A stretch of 64,000 nucleotides of DNA, from assembly GCA_965645245.1 (NCBI GenBank), contig OZ287071.1, positions 806,001 through 870,000 of the forward strand. The letters are read 5' to 3'. The notes under the pieces were generated by a model, which ran no database searches, was not told where the DNA came from, and saw nothing but the letters and a program-made list of their open reading frames with translations. Origin of the DNA: Massalongia carnosa. Lineage: Eukaryota. Shown here in pieces: positions 1 through 12,427 of this stretch. Both the position numbers and the translations under genes were made by a program. Within the stretch, counting starts at the first letter, position 1. Each line of letters opens with the position of its first letter.

Positions 1-1276
1 GCAGGACCGAATGCGGATTGGAAATTGTTGCTTATGGATAATCACGGCAGTCATATTACTCCTGAATTTGTTGCTTTGGCCAATGAAAATCATATTCGTC
101 CTTATCCACTAATTCCGCATTTAACCCACTGTATGCAGCCATTGGATGTGGTGGTATTTCAACCCTATAAGCATTGGCATAATGTGGCTATTCAAGAGAC
201 TATATCGGAGTCATTTATTGAGTATTCCCTGACGCAATTCCTGAAGGATTTGGTCAAAATCAGGAATAATACCTTCAAACCATCCACTATTCGACATGCC
301 TTTGAAAAGTCGGGCATGTGGCCTGTTAATCCAAAAGCATGCATTCAACAGCTGAAAACATTCAATCCCAACAATCCAAACAATCTGACTGAGATTCTGA
401 CCGAGACGAATAATGATAATCAGCTCCCATTACCCCCCCTACCTCGTCAAATCCAACCAAGGGAAATAGCCGACATAGAATATGGATTGGATCATCAATG
501 GGGACCAAAAATTCAGGAATCTATGCAATGGAGTGACCCCATTCGGGCTGAGGAATTTGACTCATTCGTTATCAATGCAAAAGAAGTTATTTCGAACTCG
601 ATTCTCAAGGAAACGGAGCTGAAAATGTGGCAACAGACACGAATGCAACAGTTAAACAGTAGAAAATTTTCTCGCAAACGACTGAGACCTGAATCAGGAA
701 AATTGGGACTGACTAAGGAAGATGCGGAGCATGCCTTAACCATGAAGCTACAACACGAAAAAAAGGCTGAAAAGAAACGAGTGGACAATAAGTTTATGAA
801 GATATGGAGAATGGAAAGAGACGAAATTCACGTCAAGGGAATGGCTGCTCGAAAAGCAGAAAGGGATCGAGTCAAACTATTAAAAGAAATGACCAAAACC
901 CTCAATCCCATACCAATTGAGTTATATGAAGCAATTTCTGACCCCGAGGCCTTATGGAAAGCGACGAATGAGGTGTGGATAGCTGAGGAAGCGAAGAAAG
1001 AAGCCAGAAAAAATCCACGTGTCAATGCTACGATTGATGAGGAAGACCGCGATTGTAGTAGATGAAGAATCATGGGTGCAGAGAGATTTCGGGGGCTCCA
1101 TCGAGATGCAAAGTGATTTCGTATCTTTCATGGATGAAGAGGATGAGGAGAATGCGGGGTATGGGGGGAACCGGAAGAATCGGGGGGATCGAAGGGATCA
1201 GGGGGGTCGAGGGGATGATTTTGATGATGGTTATGATGATGACACTGTTTTTCAAGCTTTGTATGACGTTAGCTAA
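1..1276 (+). pseudogene. DDE_1 (pogo/Fot1) transposase, partial, with an apparent 1-nt frameshift near 1048
   Basis: ORF 25..1065 aligns by eye with copy B. The acidic tail (IVVDEE...DDDTVF) continues in another frame (ORF 1019..1276). Confidence 0.85.
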
Positions 1277-1410
1277 TGATTAACCCAGATGATTGAGGGT
1301 AAACGGTGAAAAAGATGAAAATTTGATGATTTTGGCTGGATGCACCGCTTTCCCCGACTAAAATGCGAAAGCATTTTAGTCGGATCCACGGAGCTAAGCG
1401 AGCCGACGAT
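1..1410 (+). mobile_element. pogo/Fot1-family DNA transposon, copy A (5' part lies outside the window)
   Basis: Transposase motifs LLMDNHGSH...QPLDV (D35D spacing). The 3' end (...ggagctaagcgagccgacgat, 1410) is followed by TA and closely matches the TIR of the complete copy at 22920-25471. Confidence 0.92.
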
Positions 1411-1735
1411 TAATATTACTCTCTGTATCTGTACTATACTTACAGAGAGTCAAAAGGCGAACGTAGATGGCGGAAAAGGCTCGTGCAAGGTAAGACCACG
1501 CGAGTAATCTTTGGATCCACTAATTGTAAACACGTCAAGTGCCTGAACCGTACGGAGAAAATTTCAGGACATTACGAAATCGGTCGATGGTGAGCCCGAA
1601 CACGATCAAGCCACACTTCCTCGAGTCAGGTCAGCTCGGCTGCGTTAAAGAGTACGGCAGTTTAAGCTGATGGACTTTCAACTCCTAATTTCAGATTCCT
1701 GATTTCCTAATTTTTAATTCCTAATTCTAATTCCT

Positions 1736-1800
1736 GATTCCCGATTCCCGATTCCCGATTCCCGATTCCCGATTCCCGATTCCCGATTCCCGATTCCCGA
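1736..1800. repeat. (GATTCCC)9 heptamer tandem repeat, preceded by degenerate units from about 1683
   Basis: Directly visible: 9 perfect units. Confidence 0.95.
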
Positions 1801-2680
1801 ATGCTGATTCCTCTTCTTATCGCCCACGGACGGCATTCTCTCCCCGTATCCGCCTTACACCCAAGGGTCCCGTGGATTCCAGGTAGAGTTATTAAAGTCT
1901 CGAAAACTCTTCCACCGAAGATCTTGAAAGCCTCCTCCAAGTTTCTAACATTACCACCTTGACCTTAGAGCTAAGGCGGTCAGTCTACATCCCACCACCC
2001 CCCAACAGATAGGGTATAGTTTCTGGGTATCGGGCCCTACCAGCCGATCATCAGCCTTCGCGCAAGATGCAGAAATTGCGTGCATGGTAGCGATATCCTC
2101 ATGATATCGGAGCATCAACTGTGCCACAACGCGCTGATTCGGACCGAACATGAAGTTGACACCACAACACGTTCTCGAAATTAAACACAACTCGATACAG
2201 AGTACTTGTTGTGTCGTGGGAAGAAAAGATCTGGTAGGGTGCAATCTTGATTGCTCTGACACAGGGTTGTTGCTCTCAGCAGACGTCTCGTTTGAGGAAA
2301 CACCTAGTTAGGCATGCGTTCATCAAGTCGTCGACATGCAAGCCAATCCCAGGATTGAGCACGAATGTAGTTATAGGACATAGAAATACAGGAAGCCCAA
2401 ATCATAAACATGAAGCCGAGCCTCAAATCGATGACGGTGGATGATTACCTAATTGTCTTTGTTTGATGATGGCTCTTCACCGCTCTTATCGATCCGCGAG
2501 ACTGAGATTATTACGTAACACTAGGGCTTTGGCTGACGTGAGTACGCTAGTCTTAGTATGGTAAGGCATCCGATGACGATACGGATACACATCCTACCAA
2601 ATACCATTTCCCTCATCTCCATCTGCCTCGCGAAATCCCCTATTACACTGAAGGCATTCTCCATTCCCGATCGCCTTAGC

Positions 2681-3177
2681 ATGCCTCCAGTTCAACCTCC
2701 GCCCCCACCCACGGATCCGATCCCGGATCCGATCCCGGATCTTGCGCAGGTAAGTGGGATGTAGGACCCGCAACCAATTGCATACGTCACCAGCCCAAAC
2801 TAACCTACATCGTTTACATTTCTAGGCATTCCAAGAAGTTGCAAAGTAACCCCCAAACCCCTCCTTTGGCGTTAGCCCCCGTACCCCCCCCCCCCCCCTC
2901 ACCTCTAGTCACCTCTGGTGGACCTCTAAAGAATGGGCTACATACCATACCTCATCATCCTCTCCGTCTCTTGATATATCTGATCAGCTCACACATTATA
3001 TCCCGCAGAGGCGAAAAGACGGCCGCAGTTATGGAAAGCCAACTAGCGATCCTGGAGCGGAAAATCGATGCACTCCTCGCGAGTGTCGATCTCCCCAGCG
3101 AGTTGGATCCTATTCCGAAGGAAGAAGACATGGAAATTGCACAAGAGCTAGGCACAGCGCAGGGCCAAGAGAAATAA
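2681..3177 (+). CDS. small hypothetical coiled-coil protein, 3 exons (2681-2749, 2826-2845, 3009-3177)
   Basis: GT-AG introns join in frame to give MPPVQPP...DLAQ/AFQEVAK/GEKTAAVMESQLAILERKIDALLASVD... Confidence 0.7.
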
Positions 3178-3620
3178 GTCGTGGCTACTTGCCAGGGTGG
3201 AAATTTATATCAATTTTGAAACAGGTGTTTTAGGGTGGCGGGAAATGGACATGGAATCATATTGGGCGCTGAAACAAACTTCCAACCGAAGAGGATTAGG
3301 AAAGTGCGAATGAAAAGGCAAGTCGGTCGAGTGGGGTGGGAGGGGCGCTGGAGAAACGCACAAGACCCATAGTTGGGGTTGGTGTCAAACAGACATGTTT
3401 TGCAACCGGATCACACGAAAAATATCACAAAAAGTTAGCGTAATAAATGCGGTTAGCTGATGAGGCAGTGTAGAGTTAAACCTTTTTCGGTAGTATAAAC
3501 TCGCTTAATTGATTTGCGGAGAAAATCCCCTAACATCTTTTGATCAATCATCTTCTTTTCTTCATTTGTTTATTATTTATTTACATGCCTACTACTAGAA
3601 GAATTGATGAAGGCATGACA

Positions 3621-3731
3621 GAAGAAGAAGAAGAAGAAGAAGAAGAAGAAGAAGAAGAAGAAGAAGAAGAAGAAGAAGAAGAAGAAGAAGAAGAAGAAGA
3701 AGAAGAAGAAGAAGAAGAAGAAGAAGAAGAA
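3621..3731. repeat. (GAA)37 microsatellite
   Basis: Perfect 111-bp trinucleotide tract. Confidence 0.98.
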
Positions 3732-4355
3732 ACATGTCTAATAAAAGCTTTTGAGAAACCAAAGCCATTATTATTCCGACCCTTCTCCAAAAATCGAGCC
3801 ATTCATTCCCCTCGCTCAAGAAGGAACGGCCCCTCGGAACCGGCATCGCGCTTTCCCCTTCCCCGCGCACATCCACGAACCAAAAGATCCCCCTTTGACT
3901 CAAACCCCCTCCCCCCCCTCCCAACCCCACCCCAATCCACACAACTAAAACCCCACATGTTCCCCTCTCTTGCAAGTTCCTCCTCCATGCTCTGTTCAAT
4001 TTCAAATCCCCCCCTCCACTCCCTCTTCCACTCCTCCGTTTCCTATCAAAAGCAAGAAAAATAAACAAAAACAGACAGTTTACCTTCTAAGTTTATTCAC
4101 ATCCGTAAGGCAATTTCAGGGAAACCGGAAGAAAAGGGGGACGTGGGCAAAGCGTAAGGATGGAGGAGATGTGGAGAATGAACGGAGGGGGAGTTTGATT
4201 TGCGGAGCGGGCGTAGGGAGGGAGGGAGGGAGGCTATGTATCTATAAGCTGAAATGATATGGGATGGAAAAGGAAGGAATTCAAAGGTTCACGCACACAG
4301 CGCTGGCTACTTAACTATGGCGATAGGAATTAATTATTGTACTAGAAATGCATAT

Positions 4356-4398
4356 ATCCAAATCCAAATCCAAATCTAAATCCAAATCTAAATCCAAA
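4356..4398. repeat. (AAATCC/AAATCT)n hexamer microsatellite
   Basis: About 7 units visible. Confidence 0.85.
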
Positions 4399-4847
4399 GC
4401 TCGGCGCCCCTAAGAAAACCACACTCCCGATAAACACAACTATTATTCATTACTCTTAACTACCTATAAATCCCGTGCGTGGTAACTACCTATACTCAAT
4501 TTACAGCTCCTCTAAACTAGTAAAACGGTCCGTCAGCCGTAACCCAAGAAGGGAAAACCCCTATCCTTCTCACCCAAAGATCTGTCGCTTTCCTACTTTT
4601 TGCTTACTCAAGCCTCACACCCCGCGCGCCCAAATTACCCTAGGTTCATTAAGTTTCCTATACTCGTCAAAACATATAACTCCGCTTCTGACCACATGCT
4701 TGAATTTTCCATTACGTTGGGACGAACACCCCGTGCAGCAGCTCTATCCCATCCCCACCCAAAACCTACTGGAAGGCTTGACGGATGAAATGGGGTGGAT
4801 CGAGAATGTCGCGGTCGAGCTTCTATATCACCAATCCTCCATCGTTG

Positions 4848-7800
4848 TTAAATTCCTGATTGCCTTACCCCTAATCTACCCCCTGCGCTCCCCCGCTTCT
4901 GGAGCTTGGCCTCCCTCTCCCTATCGCGATCTCCAGGACTCACGCCCACGCCGCCACCCACGGCCTTGATCACCGGCAGTTCGCCCAAAATATCCTTGCC
5001 GGATTTTTGGTCGATATATAGCTGGGCTGAAGGGGAGAGGGGAAACGCCGGGGGAGATGCTGGGATGACGGCGCCGTTCTGAATTAGTAGTTCAGCGATG
5101 GGGAAGGGGGTAATTCTCGCTGATGAAGAAGTGGTGGGGCGCGCGCTAGGGGATGTAGATGGCGTTCCTGTGGCAGATGGAGAGGCGGGATCGGCTGCTG
5201 CGAGAGCGAGGAAGACGGAATGGGTGTTGCGAGAGCGGTCGGCGGCATTGGGGTTTGCCTGGAGGGCGATGGCGTAGAGCACGCTTTGGATGTCATTCTT
5301 CTTGACGGAGGCGAGGAGGGTTTCATCGGGGGTGGAGTAATGAGAAAGAGTGGTGGAAATAGGGTTGACGTATGCCCTGTCGGCGTATTTGCTGGTGATG
5401 AATTTAAGACGCTGTTCACGCGTTGCGTGCGGTAAGGGTTTCAACGATGGGTCGAGTTTAGCTTCCCACACCATGTTGCTGACCCGGTTGCCGATCTGGA
5501 GAAGGACTTCAACAATGTCTGTGGTAAAGGAAGTGATGTCAAGTGTAAGCGAACGAACTTTGGAGATATGGGTTCCAAGCGATCGGTGGATCCCGCTGCA
5601 TTCAATACAAAGGACAATTCCAAGGTTGATGGAGACCCATTCGGTTTTGGTCTGAGAGCCGCAGTCCGCGCACCAGCAATTTCCTTGGTCAGCGTCTCGT
5701 ACAATTTGAAGCAGCTTCACTGGGTCATCTTCGAAGTTGTTGCTTTCGGCACGTCCGTACGTCGGGCGCGCTCCAACAGTAGTTCTCCTGTACACGTTGG
5801 CGTTGGTCGTGTGGGCAGAAGTGTAATGGTGGTTTTGCCCAGAGTATGACGGACTTTTGCCTGTTAAAACAGAGCCAATATCCCGATGCCTGGTTCTCTC
5901 GCCGCTCAGTGACGGCGGAGCGATTGGAGTCTGACCTCTGCCTTCAACGGCACTTTGCAGGGCGTTGTTGAGTGCATTCATCCAGCAGTGCATGTCTTCT
6001 TCGGAAGGTGCCTGGTATACGCGTTTATAGTGAGGTGTTATGATTTCAAAGCAAAACCTTCGTTCGGCATTGCGAGCCTCTCGCACTGATGCCAATCTTA
6101 AATCTATGGGTTCCATGTGTAAATCGAGCTTTTGTTTCCAATTGCTATACTCCGAGAGTTTTCCTTGATCTAACACTATCCAAAACCTAAATGAGTCAGT
6201 TTTGACTTCGAAGCTGTTGTATGATAACCTACTTATGCCATGCCTGCTTGTTCAAGCCCTTTGGATCTGCATGAGACCCTGGCCTGCTTAAAGCCCATAA
6301 AAGACCTTCCTTTCTTTGCTGAACTTTCTCCCACTCTGCAAGATTATAGTCTTTCTCCTCAAGATCTCGAATTCCTTTAAACTTATCAGGGCTAGTGATT
6401 GAAACGCCACTAGTTGGACGACTGCTTGGTGTGGAAGGATACCCGTTACTGGCTGGCGGGGCGGATGTGACTGAACCATGTTGGGACGCCGACGAGGAGC
6501 TGTAATGAAGTCCGTTTTTGCCGCTGCTATCGGTACGAGAAAGTTCGGTTTCGGGGGCAGAACTGACAGTTGTGCTAGATCCCATTGGCTGCGGGGCTGG
6601 CGCAGCAGACGCGCCAACCTCAGGCTCCACATATGTTTTGGTGCTTTTCTCTAACGTTCTTCGCTTTTCTTCTCTTTCAGTTCGCTGAAATTGAAATTCT
6701 TGATCAGCAGCTCTCACTTCCTGACATAAAGCGTCGAGTTGGGGCGTCATCTCCTCAACCTTTTTGGCGGTCGACAGGAAACTCTTGGCCTGAGTATCGG
6801 CATATTTAGTCAGTTGAGATAGAACTTCCTGTTCCCGCCGCCCGCCATGCAGATCCTGCATGAACGATGAGTAGTCAAAGCGTTTTAACTCGAAGGTTCG
6901 CCGTTTGCTCTGGTATTTGGAGTCGCTCTCATTGCGCTTTTTCTCCTTGAGCGAATCCTGCCGCTGGCCAAGATATCGGCTCACGTAGGCGTAATAGTCT
7001 CGGCTCTCATCTTCGAAGTCTTTTTTCTTAGCTTCGGCTTGCTTGATCTCGACATTATAGATTCGTGAGAGAGGATCGATGATCATCTTCTGAAGGTTCT
7101 CTGTGTTTTCTTTTTCATAAAGAAGGATTTGCTTCGCGATCTTTTCAAAATAATGTTCCAGCGCCGGCTGTACCGCATTTGCGTTGGAAGCTGAGGCTTC
7201 TCGGAGAGCTTCCATGAAAGCTGCAACGGCAGCGTTACATTCAACCTGTGCTGTCTGAGCCGCCTCGGCCTTCCGCAGGACTTTCTTCATTCTAGTTCGC
7301 ATATTCCCCGTTTTCTGTTCGAGGGCCTTCATGGTTGCCCGAAAGAGTGGTCCATCTTCCACAGCACTCATGTCCTCGCCAGGTCGCTGGCAAGAGACGT
7401 CCACTTTGATCGTGTCCTTTGTGCTGGCAGCTGTTAAACCTAAGCTTGCTTCGCTCGGCTCTATAGGTGACGGAGGTCCAGGAAACTCATTACTCTCAAC
7501 CTCACTGACACCGGACTGAACGGATTGCGATGAGGGAATCCGTAGCCTCGGTGGGACGACCAACTCAAAAGACGGTGATGGCACACGAGGGCTTCCAAGT
7601 GCTCTTGGAGTATTTTGAACCCAAAAGCTGAAGCTCGCAAGGGTTTCAAGCCTATGGGCTCTCTGGTCGTATTCCACGAAACTGCAAGCGTTGCGCCAGC
7701 CTCCCCCTCTATCTTCTATTATCTTCGGCGGGCGCCATTTCCATGACCAATCAAACCGTACCGATGCGCTCCCACCCGTGGAATAATCCCCGACCAGCTC

Positions 7801-8353
7801 GACATTTGAATTCTTATGTAAGTTCGGATCTGCGCGGAACTCCCGAGTAACTAGATTATCTAGCTCTTTGTTGTTCGAAGCGAAGGCGAAAGTAAGGCCG
7901 TTGATGAATGTATCCACCGGACCCGTATCACCCGATACGGCGCTCTGGCCTTGACGTATAATAAAACTAAAGTTGAATATCAGCTCGTTATCGTTATTAA
8001 GGCGGATGAGGAAGGCTGGTAAAGGCGATGCTGGAGAAGACTCGGGGTCCTGGGTGGTTTAGTATAAGCCCTTATAACTGAGCTTGGAATATCCACCTGA
8101 ATAAACTCCACGAGGCTATCGTCTCCATTTTCTTTTCTTGCTATGATCCTGCTAGCAGGGTAAATGTTTGGGACTGCATTGAGAAGGATCTTCTGACGTG
8201 AATTCGTGACGGTGAGAGAAGCAACGGACACTGTTTTACGAAAGGTTACTCCCATCAGTGACTTGACTGTAGTCCAAGAAGGGGCTTACAGCGGCTCTGG
8301 TCTCTCAGAATAAGTGACGCCCCTTCGTCCACCCGACTGCTGACATTCCCCAT
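4848..8353 (-). CDS. BAR-PH-ArfGAP domain protein (centaurin-beta/ACAP-like), spliced
   Basis: EDGPLFRA BAR start; PH motif (RRFCFEII...YQAPSEEDMHCW); ArfGAP zinc finger CADC...WVSINLG..LCIECSGIHRSLG. The N-terminus MGNVSSR may be myristoylated. Introns lie near 6190-6230, 8060-8100 and 8235-8290. Confidence 0.92.
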
Positions 8354-9265
8354 TTTCGCAAACCAGTTGTAGAAGTGGGGCCCGCTTCCTTTTTGTCTCG
8401 GTCTACCGCAGGAAGAAGTGGCCAGCTACCGATGGGCGATAGTTTACCGTTTGATCTTGCTGCCTCTGCATCGTAGAGGAGGCATCATTGGACGTTGTTC
8501 GATCACCGAATGGACATTGGCCGGGAAGTAGTCAAGCTGGGGTACTCCAAGATATATGTATAAGATGCTGGCTGTGAATGCGCAATGTGTGTTTCTATGA
8601 GGTATCTAATCAATCAGATGTTTGGGGTGTATCAGCTGTACAGTAACAGAGTAGGTGCAGCTACGGTTTTAAGATTCAACTTGATCATCACATTGAGCCT
8701 AGCTCGTTAGGGTTCAGCATTTTGTACTCGGTACCTGCGGCGGAGCTCCACTAGTTGACACGCTAGTTCTGACTGTATTAGGGTAACGTGGGGTTTAGTG
8801 GCGGGTTCTCTGTAACTTACTGTCTGTGTACGAAGTACGATTCATTGGAACGAGAATTTATCTATGTTTGGATGAAAACAACATACGACAAGAAAACGGC
8901 TTAGTTACACGCATGGGATGAAGAACTTCACACTTCGAGGCTGAAACCTTTGGAAAAAAAGGACATTGGCGATATCAGGTCTTTTAATTACGGTTTTTCC
9001 CCAAAAATAACCCTCCTCCTTTCTCTCCCCCTCGAGCCTATTCCAATATACATTACCACAAATCTATTCGTACCTCCTTCCAACAACAGGCACTGTTGAC
9101 CTCTTACAGCGAAGAAGATAAGACAATTGCGCCAGCCCGAAATCGGAATATGCACAGTGAACCACAGTCAACCCTCATATCCCTATAAGCTCTGCTCCAA
9201 AAAACCCCCGCTTTCAGAGAGTGTTCACTTTTACCAGGCGGAGGGCTTTGCCCTTTATAATCGCC

Positions 9266-12200
9266 TTAGTTCTGAGAATAGGAAAGTTCCTGAATGTCAT
9301 GGTCATCCTTCTTAAGTTTCCACATGCTTTTCTTCTTCTCTTCGCGTCTACGCTTCATTTGCTCCCATCCCTCCTCATCGTCATCATCATCACTTGCGGT
9401 GGGACCTTTCCTTTGCGACGGCTGCACCGGTCTGATGGTGGGCAAATAACTCCTTTGCTTGTCCTCTGCCGATTGTCTAACACCAGACATAAACGTTGAC
9501 GCTCTCGAGGTCAGTCGGGGGGCTTCATCAATCGGAGCAATAGAGACAGGCCGATACCGTGTAGGCATTCCAATATTACTCCGTTCAGATGGCGCAATGG
9601 AGGGCACGTAGCCCTGGTTGCCCATAGCGCTGGTCATGATGCTTGGTGCAGTCAACCGCACATTACCATGCGATGGCCATTGTGTGCCCGGGCTTGGGCC
9701 CATCATACTCATTGCTCGCTGCTGCCCCGGTGCTGGTGACTCAGGAGCAGAGTGCGAGCTCATAGACATAGGCCGGGACATCTGACCAGGCGGAGATAGG
9801 AATCCGCTGTTCATAATCTGTTGCTGCTGGGGTGGTAAGAATTGCTGCGGAAGTCCAGATGCTGGACCCTGCATGCCTCCAACAACCATCTGCTGCATCT
9901 GCTGCATCCATTGCATCTGCATCTGCATCATTTGCGTCATCTGATGCGACATTTGAGCTTGAGCCTCGGAGCCGGAAGGCATCATAGGCATTGACATGTT
10001 GGGTGACATTCCTGGTGGCATTTGAGGCATGCCTTGAGGAAGCGGTGAGCCGTAGTTACCTTGCGCGTTTGGACTGCCTCGTCGCATCGCCCTTGCACGC
10101 TCTTCGCCCGCAATAACACCAACTAGGCCACCAGGGGGTAGGTTTAACGAAAGACCTCCATGGTTAGATCCTCCTGCGTTGGAACTAAATGCGAGGGATT
10201 CACGGTTCGAAGGATTTACAAGACCTGCTCCATAATATGGATCGGAAGGTAAATTTCGGGCGAATGGCGGCAACCCCTTTCTACTTCCAGCTATCGATAC
10301 GCCGGCCGTGGACATGGGAGGTGGGGGGTAGGATTCGCTAGAATACTGAATGTGAGGTGTTGCGCTGTAATTCCCAATTCCACTAGGAGGCCTGTTCTTA
10401 GAAGGGAAGCCATGAGCTGCCAAGATACCTAGTGGGATATCTTCATCTTCGTCATCGCTGGCCTTGCTAGTTTCTGGTGCCTTATCAAAGCTAAATGTAG
10501 GGGTTGCAGTGCGCCCCGAAAGATCTGGTGTACTCATTGAAGCCCTATCCATTCCAGGCCGAGACAGCCCTAAATTTGGGAGGTCAGAGGGCTGCTCTCC
10601 TGTCACCTTCATCATCTGTTGGCGATAAACTGCGAGATGAGCCTCTTGTCTCCTCCTTTGTCTGGCAAGCTGTCTATTGCGTTCCGTCTCATCGTCATCG
10701 TCATAACTTTCATTCTCGTCTTCTGACTCCTCACTTTTCGACCCATTACTTTTTGTACGTGTCATCTCTTGTTCTCTTCGATATCGCTCAAATTGTGCAG
10801 GCGTCATAATTTTGGCTTGCCCATGCGGTTTATGAGGATTTGGACCAGTTTGATGTGGAGGCGCATCGAGTCTTCCAGAAGTAGGCGGAGAGGCATCAAA
10901 GAGTGAGCGCTCTGCAGGCTGAACCAGACCACGCTGCGTCACACGCGGTGTTGTCTCCGAAGATTCTAGTCTTCGATTCGAGGACTGAACATCCTGGTCG
11001 TTGCTATCAAACATATTTGCTGAGAGATTTTGCCCGCGGCTTAGGAGATCCTTTTCTGAGTTTGCAATTGGTGGTTGAGGATAAGCCGACAACGTCACTG
11101 AAGTCGATGAGTTCGCATCTAAATTGTGAGACCTAAAGGCAGCTGGTTGGCGATTTAGTCTTCGACTCGCACTGATAGAATCCATGACAAGCTTGGCATC
11201 TTCATCCTGCCATAAATACGAGTCTCTTTGGGGTGCGTATGCGCTACTTCTGCGAAGACCAGTTCCGATGGTAGATTGTGGCCGCTGCAACCTCGGCCGA
11301 GTCTGAGGGTTTCTAGGGTCAGGTAGAGGTTTAGATTTTAAGGGTATCGAGCCCTGAGCATGCTGCGGTACGGCCGGCGCGTCATCGATGCTCACTGGTC
11401 GTGCTCTTGTTGGAGTGGCAGAATCTATCAGACCATCTTGCGAATCTTGACTTCCCCATGAATACGGCGACGAATCTACCTGGCCGAATGCGTCAAGTTG
11501 TAGCGGAGGAGGGGTAAAGGTTGAGCGATCACCAAAGTGCGTTTTGCTAGGCAGCGTAGGTACGGTTGGAGAAAGGTCAGCCTAGATATACATTAGTAAT
11601 GGAATTTGTGCTCTAAATTTGACTTACTGGGCTTTCCGTGATACCAAGAACCTTGCCTTCTTGTTCTTGCGTCAGTTGACTGCGTCTTTTTCCAAAGCTC
11701 TCAAACATGCTTCCAAAGCCATCAAGATCGGATTGCCCAAGATTAAGATCTGTATCGAGTAGTTTTGGGGGAGTAGCAGTACTGCCACTAGCATAACTAC
11801 TTTCGGTCATAGCTCGCTCCCTTGTAACCTTAGAATATCCCGACAGACTTTGCGATGGCGATGTATAGCGAGGAACAGGCGCAGGTATAGATGGTGTTTG
11901 AGCCTTTTTCCTGCCAAAGGAGAAAGTTCTCCCAGCGGCTCGCAACGATAAGGGGTTAGGGTCGGGAATGGGAGGGATGGAGATTTTTTGTGGCTCCATT
12001 GGATTTGGAAGCGGCTTTTCGTCGAGCGGTACATCCGTTGAAGAGGGTAATGTTGACGAAGAGCTAAACCGCGCTGAAGACGAAGAGTTATCGTTATTTC
12101 CTCCGCTTGAAGTTGATTTGTTGGTCCCCCCGCTACCCCTTAATTGCATTAGTATACCATCATACAATCATAAAAGACCATGAAATACCGATTGTTTGGA

Positions 12201-12427
12201 TTAACACTGGTCCGCCGGTCGACAAATATATTGTCGTCTGCTGGAACATCTGCGCTCAGAGGACGCCCTTGGCTCATGCGCTTCAGGGTATTCCCGCCAT
12301 CAAATGACTTGCTGCCTGAACGCTCAAAGACGCGGAATGAAGGCTCCGGTAGGTTTGCAAGCTCCTCCAGGGCATTTCCGGACGATTTCCGTCGCGTAAA
12401 TCCCTTTGGAAATTTAATCATCGGCAT
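9266..12427 (-). CDS. large low-complexity (S/P/Q/M-rich) hypothetical protein, spliced
   Basis: Three long same-strand ORFs (12149-12427, 11613-12167, 9266-11395) separated by intron-sized gaps. Motifs include KGFTRRKSSGNALE, MTPAQFERYR and APSERSNIG. No domain recognised. Confidence 0.8.

Noticed and set aside
1707..1940. ORF with RESGIGN repeats, suggesting a cyanobacterial-type sequence or contamination
   Set aside because: It is just the translation of the heptamer repeat, and the surrounding DNA is clearly fungal.
3540..4068. Poly-Glu, poly-Ser and poly-Leu ORFs
   Set aside because: Artefacts of the (GAA)37 microsatellite; the rest has no protein-like composition.
4356..4398. Telomere-like repeat
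   Set aside because: The unit is AAATCC rather than TAACCC; the tract is short and internal.
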